From NCBI GenBank assembly GCA_035318985.1, contig DATHDP010000020.1:51-64050 (forward strand): a stretch of DNA of 64,000 nt, given 5' to 3'. Position numbers and translations under genes: made by a program. Origin of the DNA: Chitinophagaceae bacterium (GTDB taxonomy: Bacteria; Bacteroidota; Bacteroidia; Chitinophagales; Chitinophagaceae). Position 1 is the first letter of the stretch. Each line of letters opens with the position of its first letter. The notes beneath the pieces are model-generated. The model was not told the origin of the DNA. It saw nothing but the letters and a program-made list of their open reading frames with translations, and did no database searches. Positions 17,735-24,666 of this stretch are shown here, piece after piece.

Positions 17735-19621
17735 TTATTTCATTACTGGTAAAACTATATTACTGCTGTTAGCAGCATCATGATGAATTCTTATCGTTGC
17801 TTTTTGAAAATCTGTAATGTCAGCCTCATAAATATTTACAAATTTCTGCGGATTGCGATCTGCTAAAGGGAACCAACTGCTTTGTATCTGTATCATTAAG
17901 CGATGGCCTTTCTTAAATGTATGGGCAACATCAGGCAGATCGAATTTTACTTTCTCAATTTTATTGGGAGTAAATGGGACAGGGGTTTCAAAACTGTTTC
18001 TGAATTTACCTCTCATGATCTCGCCTCTAACGAGCATTTGATAACCACCCATTGGATAACTGCCACCACCAGCACGGCCTTGCTGCGCTGCAGAGTTAGG
18101 ATAACTAAAATCATCAGGAAACACATCAATGATCTTTACAACAAAATCTGCATCCGTTCCTGTAATGCTAACTGCAAGATCTGCAACAACAGGTCCGGCA
18201 AGGGTTAGGTCTTCATTTAAAACATCCGTTTGAAAAGTCAATACATCTGTTCTTCTTGAAGCAAAACGCTGGTCATCGTCCATATAAGCAGCAGTGCGAT
18301 CGAAATGAACATCCTCAGTATAAGGAACAGGATGTGCAGGATCGCTGATATATTCACTTGCACTTTTAGAAGCAGTTGGCTTATTCCACGATAAATTTCC
18401 GTTTGGTTGAAAATAAATTGGTTGATTAGAAATATTTGCCGGTGGCCATTGATTTAAATTATGCCATTGATTTTCGCCACTGAAGAAAATTGTTGCTTCT
18501 GATAAATTAGGATCAGTTCCCTTTCCTTTTAAATAATAATTAAAGAAAGGTATCTCGATATTATTCTGATACCACAATGCAGTGTTTGAACCAAACTGGA
18601 TATTTCCCATTTTTGTACCATCACGACCGCTCCATTGACCATGACTCCACGGCCCCATCACTAATTTATTATGAATACCGGGATTTTGTTTTTCAATTGC
18701 CTTGTATAAATTCCATGCGCCGTAACAATCCTCCGCATCAAACAAACCGCCAACAGTAAGCATAGCAGGTTTTATATTATACATTGCATTTCTTGCATTG
18801 CGTGCCTTCCACCATTCATCATAGTTAGGATGTGCATATAGTTCTTTCCAGAATTTTATACTGTCTCCCATCATTTTCGCAAGATTTTTTAATGTACCGG
18901 CCTGTAAATAAAATTCATAATTGTCCCTGACCTTAAAATCAAATCCGGAGGGGCCAATTGTTGTTGGTTTCGGTCTTGGTTTGCCAAAGCCAGAATAAAA
19001 ACTAAATCCATCCATTTGAAAAAATGCACCGTTATGATGAAAATCATCTCCCAAAAACCATTCGGTAACCGGTGCCTGCGGACTTACTGCTTTTAATGCC
19101 GGATGTCCCGAAGCTGCAGCCATTGTTGAATAAAAACCGGGATATGAAATTCCAAATACTCCCACATTGCCATTATTGTTCGGTAAATTTTTTATGAGCC
19201 AATCGATCGCATCATAAGTATCGCTTGCTTCATCAATATCATTATTTGTTTTTTTGTCTTTGATAAATGGACGAACATCCACAAACTCACCTTCACTCAT
19301 CCATCTTCCTCTTACATCCTGGATCACGATAATATAATTTTCACGGCAATAATATTTCCAGTGACTAAGTAAAAGCCGACCAGAAAAGTCAGCACCATAA
19401 GGCGCACATGAATAAGGAGTGCGGTTCATTAATATCGGGTGTTTCTCACTCATATCTTTTGGTGTATAAACTGCAGTGAAAAGCTTTACACCGTCCCGCA
19501 TGGAGATGTAGATCTCTTTCTTTGTATAATTCTCACGAACCCAAAGACTATCCTGGTCATTTTGTGCCGTGGTAAATAAAAAGGAAAATAAAAACGAAAG
19601 AAGAAACAGTTTGCGTAGCAT
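17735..19621 (-). CDS. CocE/NonD-family (peptidase S15) serine hydrolase, tandem paralog
   Basis: It has the same architecture as its neighbour (GVFGISYPGFY; HTFKKGHRLMIQIQSSWFPLADRNPQKF). Its stop lies 2 nt from the downstream start. Confidence 0.85.
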   Translation of the reverse strand: MLRKLFLLSFLFSFLFTTAQNDQDSLWVRENYTKKEIYISMRDGVKLFTAVYTPKDMSEKHPILMNRTPYSCAPYGADFSGRLLLSHWKYYCRENYIIVIQDVRGRWMSEGEFVDVRPFIKDKKTNNDIDEASDTYDAIDWLIKNLPNNNGNVGVFGISYPGFYSTMAAASGHPALKAVSPQAPVTEWFLGDDFHHNGAFFQMDGFSFYSGFGKPRPKPTTIGPSGFDFKVRDNYEFYLQAGTLKNLAKMMGDSIKFWKELYAHPNYDEWWKARNARNAMYNIKPAMLTVGGLFDAEDCYGAWNLYKAIEKQNPGIHNKLVMGPWSHGQWSGRDGTKMGNIQFGSNTALWYQNNIEIPFFNYYLKGKGTDPNLSEATIFFSGENQWHNLNQWPPANISNQPIYFQPNGNLSWNKPTASKSASEYISDPAHPVPYTEDVHFDRTAAYMDDDQRFASRRTDVLTFQTDVLNEDLTLAGPVVADLAVSITGTDADFVVKIIDVFPDDFSYPNSAAQQGRAGGGSYPMGGYQMLVRGEIMRGKFRNSFETPVPFTPNKIEKVKFDLPDVAHTFKKGHRLMIQIQSSWFPLADRNPQKFVNIYEADITDFQKATIRIHHDAANSSNIVLPVMK

Positions 19622-19700
19622 GATGATTTAGATTTGTCCGAAGGACCCCTTCGGGGGAGTATAAATTTAGGTATTCTCTACTTACATTAATCAATATTTT

Positions 19701-20180
19701 ATGAGTGATAATAAGCAAGTCATTGAAAGGTTTTATTCTGCTTTTCAAAGATTGGACTATAAAAATATGAATGATTGCTATAGTGATGATATAATTTTCA
19801 GCGATCCTGTTTTCCTGACATTAAAAGCGGAGGAAGTAAAATGTATGTGGGAAATGTTATGCAAGAACGCAAAAGATCTTTCGCTGACATTTTCCGATAT
19901 TGAATTGATCGATGAAGAATATGCCACTTGTAAGTGGGTGGCTAAATATACTTTTTCTAAAACAGGAAATAAAGTAACGAATAACATCAAAGCCTTTATG
20001 CGTATAAAAGATGGAAAGATCAATGAGCATAGTGATGCATTTCGACTAAGTACATGGATCGGCCAGGCTCTTGGATGGAAAGGAATATGGTTTGGCTGGA
20101 CCGGATTTATGAAAAGAGCAATTCAGAATAATGCAAGAAAAAATCTCTTGAAGTTTATGGAAAAGAAAAACGCCAGCTAA
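19701..20180 (+). CDS. NTF2/SnoaL-like fold protein
   Basis: The N-terminal VIERFYSAFQRLDYKNMNDCYSDDIIFSDPVF pattern is typical of SnoaL-like proteins. Confidence 0.6.
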   Translation: MSDNKQVIERFYSAFQRLDYKNMNDCYSDDIIFSDPVFLTLKAEEVKCMWEMLCKNAKDLSLTFSDIELIDEEYATCKWVAKYTFSKTGNKVTNNIKAFMRIKDGKINEHSDAFRLSTWIGQALGWKGIWFGWTGFMKRAIQNNARKNLLKFMEKKNAS

Positions 20181-20216
20181 AGCTGACGTTTCAATTGTTT
20201 TCCATAGATAATATTT

Positions 20217-21095
20217 TTAATCTGCTAAGACCCCAAACTTCCCCGCATTCACATCATCCACTGCCTGTTCTATTTCTTCCCATGTATTCATCACAAATGG
20301 TCCATAGGCAACGATCGGCTCGTTGATCGGCTCACCGGATAGAATTAATATGATCGAATCTTCTGTTGTTTCAATAGAAAGATCTTCTCCATCATTTTTT
20401 AAGAGAACAAAATGATCTGCATGGGCATTGATGCCATTCACTTTTACATTTCCTTCAATTACCAGCAATCCGGTATTGTATTCTTTTGGAAAACTTAGAT
20501 CAAGTTTTGCATCTTTTTTCAATCTTGCATTATAAGCTTGAATAGGAGTGAATGTAGTGGCTGGGCCTTTTATTCCACCATATTCGCCAGTGACCACTTC
20601 AACAAAACCTTTTTCACCAGGCAAATTATACCTGCCCATTTTACTATTGGTGATCTCCTGGTATTTCGGTTTTGTTTTTTTATCCTTTGCAGGAAGATTC
20701 ACCCACAACTGCACCATTTGAAAAGGGCCGCCTTTCTTGCTGAATTCTTCTTCATGGTACTCTTTATGCAAAATACCTGAACCTGCGGTCATCCATTGTA
20801 CATCACCTTCGCCAATGATGCCGCTGTTACCTGCGCTATCATGATGCGCCACTTTACCGTGATAGGCTATTGTCACTGTTTCAAATCCGGCATGCGGATG
20901 CACGCCAACACCACGTGGTTCATCTTTCGGACTGAAATCAATTTTAGAACCATAGTCAAGCATAAAGAAAGGACTCATCCTTGTTTTCCCGATCTGTTTT
21001 GTACCGGGAAAAAAATTATGCACCCTGAAACCATCACCAACCATATGTGGTGGTGGCGGTGCAATTACTGCTTCAACTGATCTTTGATTGCTCAT
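20217..21095 (-). CDS. Pirin-family bicupin protein (long form)
   Basis: Cupin metal-site blocks are present: GVHPHAGFETVTIAYHGKVAHHDS and GDVQWMTAGSGILHKE. Confidence 0.88.
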   Translation of the reverse strand: MSNQRSVEAVIAPPPPHMVGDGFRVHNFFPGTKQIGKTRMSPFFMLDYGSKIDFSPKDEPRGVGVHPHAGFETVTIAYHGKVAHHDSAGNSGIIGEGDVQWMTAGSGILHKEYHEEEFSKKGGPFQMVQLWVNLPAKDKKTKPKYQEITNSKMGRYNLPGEKGFVEVVTGEYGGIKGPATTFTPIQAYNARLKKDAKLDLSFPKEYNTGLLVIEGNVKVNGINAHADHFVLLKNDGEDLSIETTEDSIILILSGEPINEPIVAYGPFVMNTWEEIEQAVDDVNAGKFGVLAD

Positions 21096-21100
21096 GATTT

Positions 21101-21160
21101 TTTCTTTTTGGAATTAGGAATTTGTAATTAGTAATTGGGCCTAATTCCAAACTCCCAATT
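21101..21160. repeat. AT-rich compound palindrome between the two pirin genes
   Basis: AATTAGTAATTGGG (21116-21129) is the exact reverse complement of CCCAATTACTAATT (21144-21157). GAATTAGG (21101-21108) can alternatively pair with CCTAATTC (21130-21137). Confidence 0.55.
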
Positions 21161-21169
21161 ACTAATTCC

Positions 21170-21880
21170 TTATATAGGTACTTCCATTAATAGAATTTCC
21201 GCATTACTGTCGGCATTAATTTTCAATGCATCTGTTTCAGAAATTGCCAATCCATCTCTCTTCTCCAGTTTTTCACCATTGATAGAAACCGAACCTTCGA
21301 TCACAAATGCATAAACACCGTTCTTATTATTTTTTAATTTATAGTCTGTATTGAAATCTTTATCCAACTTTCCCAAACTAAACCATGCATCCTGGTGTAT
21401 TTGTACGCCACCGTCATTTGTACCAATTGGTGAAACAACTGTCAAAAGCTTATTGTGTTTATCTGCATCAGAAAAATTCTTCTGATCATACCGCGGTTCC
21501 ACATTTTTTTTATTTGGGAAAACCCATATCTGGAAAAACTTAACCGGCTTATCAGAATTCTTGTTCTTTTCGCCGTGCTGAATGCCAGTTCCTGCACTCA
21601 TTGCTTGCACATCACCTTGCTTTATCACTTGAGCATTGCCCATACTATCCTTATGCTCAAGGTCACCACTTGTAGGAATAGAAATGATCTCCATATTATC
21701 ATGCGGATGTGTACCGAAACCCATACCGCCGGCGACGGTATCATCATTCAAAACTCTTAGGGCACCAAAATGAACTCTTTCGGGATCGTGGTAACCGGCA
21801 AAACTAAAAGTGTGATAACTATCGAGCCAGCCATGATTCGCATGACCTCTCGTATTTGCTTTATGAAGAATTGTCTTCAT
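21170..21880 (-). CDS. Pirin-family protein (short, YhhW/quercetinase-like form)
   Basis: Pirin blocks are present: FGTHPHDNMEIISIPTSGDLEHKDS and GDVQAMSAGTGIQHGE. Confidence 0.88.
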   Translation of the reverse strand: MKTILHKANTRGHANHGWLDSYHTFSFAGYHDPERVHFGALRVLNDDTVAGGMGFGTHPHDNMEIISIPTSGDLEHKDSMGNAQVIKQGDVQAMSAGTGIQHGEKNKNSDKPVKFFQIWVFPNKKNVEPRYDQKNFSDADKHNKLLTVVSPIGTNDGGVQIHQDAWFSLGKLDKDFNTDYKLKNNKNGVYAFVIEGSVSINGEKLEKRDGLAISETDALKINADSNAEILLMEVPI

Positions 21881-22135
21881 GATATATCCTTTTTATTTTT
21901 TTACAAACTGAATTACTACTATTAAACTTTTGTTGTACAGTTTACCCAGAGCGAAGCGAAGGGCACTCTTGTACTTCCAGAAATTTCTTCAGCACTTATA
22001 CGACCAACTTGTTGCATAGCGAAGAGAAACCTGAACGGAGCGTCGCAACAAAAGCTAAATAGAATTACTTATGCTGACAACCCAATCAAATAACTCATCG
22101 ATATTAAACTTACAATGTTATAAGAACTGTGCCAC

Positions 22136-22166
22136 CTAAGTCACCCCTAAGGGGGACAGGGGGTTT
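22136..22166. repeat. GC-rich hairpin module CTAAGTCACCCCTAAGGGGGACAGGGGGTTT abutting a stop codon
   Basis: The C-run and G-run can pair (CCCCT with AGGGG). Its last bases overlap the TAA of the FMN-reductase gene. Related copies lie at 13306-13338 (inverted), 35791-35825 and 15834-15856. Confidence 0.5.
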
Positions 22167-22722
22167 ATACAACAGCCTTTTCTTTCACGATTCTTTCTGC
22201 TAACCACAAAAGCTCAGTGATAAAATTGTGCACACTTTTTTCAAAGCTACTATCAAGCAAATTTCCTTGTTCGTCAAATTTTTTATCAACTGCGGGCACG
22301 ATCAACAAGTAAGGTGATGCGATACCAAACAAAGAAGGTATTAACAGAAGCAGTTGTTGCGAAGCCCTGATGCCACCAAATCCGCCCGGAGATGCTGTTA
22401 CAATTCCAAATGGTATATGATGCTGTTTTGGAAAATGATCAAGCAAGTTCTTCATCGCCGGTGAGTAACTTCCATTGTATTCCGGTGTAGCAAGAATAAA
22501 CGCATCAGCTTCAAAAATCCTTTTAGCAAGCGGCTTAAATTCATCAGGTGTTCTGTCAACCGATACAAAAACTGATTGCACCGGTGGCAAATTCCAGTCC
22601 TTCATATCTATGATCCCAGTTTCATGTTCTGTATTGCTATCCAACCATTTTTTTAGATGTAAGGCCACTCTTCTTGTTACACTATTCACTCTCGGACTTC
22701 CTGATATTATTTCTATTTTCAT
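22165..22722 (-). CDS. NADPH-dependent FMN reductase family protein
   Basis: Flavodoxin-like blocks are present: MKIEIISGSPRVNSVTRRV and ILATPEYNGSYSPAMKNLLD. Confidence 0.8.
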   Translation of the reverse strand: MKIEIISGSPRVNSVTRRVALHLKKWLDSNTEHETGIIDMKDWNLPPVQSVFVSVDRTPDEFKPLAKRIFEADAFILATPEYNGSYSPAMKNLLDHFPKQHHIPFGIVTASPGGFGGIRASQQLLLLIPSLFGIASPYLLIVPAVDKKFDEQGNLLDSSFEKSVHNFITELLWLAERIVKEKAVV

Positions 22723-22886
22723 AATGAATGTATTTTGTCAAAATCTGTTCCTGTTTGTTTTAAATCAAATCTATGGCAAAGTTCAGGCTTTATGGCAGAG
22801 TTGGAATTGATGTATGATAATTGAAACATCGTTTTGTCAGTTTTTACTGGTGAATCCTTTAATTTCGACTTCCTAATATCTAAGCA

Positions 22887-23930
22887 ATGATCAACAGGAG
22901 AAAGTTTATTCATACTTCGGCTTTTACTTCTTTCGCTGCTTTCTTGACGAATAAAGTACAAGCTATGCCATCACAGGAAATAATCACAGGAAAACCAGTT
23001 GTCATTTCCACATGGGATGCGGGTATAGCAGCTAATAAAGCTGCCTGGGAGGTGTTGAGTAAAAATGGGAAAGCTATAGATGCAGTGGAAAAAGGCGTAA
23101 TGGTTACGGAGGATTCGCAAAACTGCTGTGTTGGTCTTGGCGCCAATCCTGACCGGGATGGTTTTGTTACACTTGATGCCAGTATTATGGATGATAAATT
23201 CAATTGCGGCAGTGTTGCTTTTTTAGAAAGAATAAAACATCCGATCTCTGTTGCAAGAAGAGTAATGGAAAAAACACCGCATGTAATGCTTGTGGGAGCC
23301 GGTGCTCAACAATTTGCAGTTGCTGAAGGTTTTCCTTTGGAAGAACAAAAGCTTTCAGAGGATGCAAAGAAGGCATACGAAAACTGGTTAAAAAAATCCG
23401 AATACAAACCGCCGGCTATTAATGTAGAAAATAAACAAGGACATGGACCATTTGCGCCAACTAAATTGGAGAACGGAGAATGGAATCATGATACAATTGG
23501 AATGGTAGCAATGGATTCATTTGGAAATTTAAGTGGTAGCTGTACAACCAGTGGTGCAGGATTTAAAATGCGTGGAAGAGTAGGAGACTCACCAATTATC
23601 GGTGCGGGATTATTTGTGGATAACGAAGTGGGAGCATGCACCTCAACAGGACAAGGTGAAGATGTGATTCGTGTTGCCGGTTCACATTCCGTTATTGAAA
23701 TGATGAGACAAGGATTATCACCCGAAGCAGCCTGTAAAAAAATTGTAGAACGTATTGTAAAGATCAAAGGAGATAAAGTGAAAGAAATTCAGGTTGCTTT
23801 TCTCGCAGTAAATAAAAAGGCACAGGTTGGAAGTTTTGCCATTCACCCGGGATTTGAATATGCAATAAGAACAAATGAAATGGAGAAACTTGTAAAATCT
23901 AAAAGCTGGTTTAACCCGACAAAAAAATAA
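22887..23930 (+). CDS. N4-(beta-N-acetylglucosaminyl)-L-asparaginase (glycosylasparaginase), exported
   Basis: It has a TAT-like leader (MINRRKFIHTSAF) and the Ntn autoprocessing site HDTIGMVAMD. GDSPIIGAG and TGQGED blocks are also present. Confidence 0.88.
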   Translation: MINRRKFIHTSAFTSFAAFLTNKVQAMPSQEIITGKPVVISTWDAGIAANKAAWEVLSKNGKAIDAVEKGVMVTEDSQNCCVGLGANPDRDGFVTLDASIMDDKFNCGSVAFLERIKHPISVARRVMEKTPHVMLVGAGAQQFAVAEGFPLEEQKLSEDAKKAYENWLKKSEYKPPAINVENKQGHGPFAPTKLENGEWNHDTIGMVAMDSFGNLSGSCTTSGAGFKMRGRVGDSPIIGAGLFVDNEVGACTSTGQGEDVIRVAGSHSVIEMMRQGLSPEAACKKIVERIVKIKGDKVKEIQVAFLAVNKKAQVGSFAIHPGFEYAIRTNEMEKLVKSKSWFNPTKK

Positions 23931-24659
23931 ATGAAGTATTTAATTGAGATCGCTACCTCCGATTTTCTGACTACTAAATCCGCTGTTGAAGGCGGCGCTG
24001 ATCGAATTGAACTTTGTGCAAATCTTGCAGAAGGCGGCACTACTCCCTCTTATGCCCATATAAAAAAATGCAGAGAAGCTTTTGATATCTCTTTATTCCC
24101 GATCATTCGTCCAAGAGGAGGTGACTTTCTTTATACTAAGGATGAGTTTGAAATAATGAAGAATGATATCAAGCTGTGTAAAGAATTAGGATGCGAAGGA
24201 ATAGTAATTGGTTTGCTGAATATGGACGGAACAATTGATATGACAAGAACTTCCGAACTGATCGAGCTTGCTTATCCATTAGAAGTTACTTTTCATCGTG
24301 CATTCGATCGTTGTAAAGATCCATTTGCAGCATTGGAAGAACTAATTGAGATCGGTTGCCAGCGAATTCTTACTTCCGGACAAAAACCAACAGTAAGTGA
24401 AGGCGTTGATCTTATTGCAGGGTTAAATAAAAAAGCGGATGACCGCATCATCATTCTGCCTGGCAGTGGTGTAAGAAAAGATAATATCAAAATGCTGGCA
24501 GAAAAAACCGGATGCATAGAATTTCATTCTTCACTTCGCGGAAAAGCAAAAAGCCCCATGCAGTTTATTCATCCTGCTTTTGCAGATTCTGCAGAGAGTT
24601 ATTATAATAATGAAATAAGCCCCGACGAGGTCAGGGCCTTGAGAAATGCATTGATATAG
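23931..24659 (+). CDS. cutC: Copper homeostasis protein CutC family
   Basis: The N-terminal block is EIATSDFLTTKSAVEGGADRIELCANLAEGGTTPS, and RILTSG is present. The ATG directly follows the upstream TAA. Confidence 0.88.
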   Translation: MKYLIEIATSDFLTTKSAVEGGADRIELCANLAEGGTTPSYAHIKKCREAFDISLFPIIRPRGGDFLYTKDEFEIMKNDIKLCKELGCEGIVIGLLNMDGTIDMTRTSELIELAYPLEVTFHRAFDRCKDPFAALEELIEIGCQRILTSGQKPTVSEGVDLIAGLNKKADDRIIILPGSGVRKDNIKMLAEKTGCIEFHSSLRGKAKSPMQFIHPAFADSAESYYNNEISPDEVRALRNALI

Positions 24660-24666
24660 TGCAAGG

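Noticed and set aside
22719-22961. An 80-aa minus-strand ORF bridging the FMN reductase start and the glycosylasparaginase start.
   Set aside because: It overlaps the TAT leader of the glycosylasparaginase gene on the opposite strand and the divergent promoter region. It has no motif.
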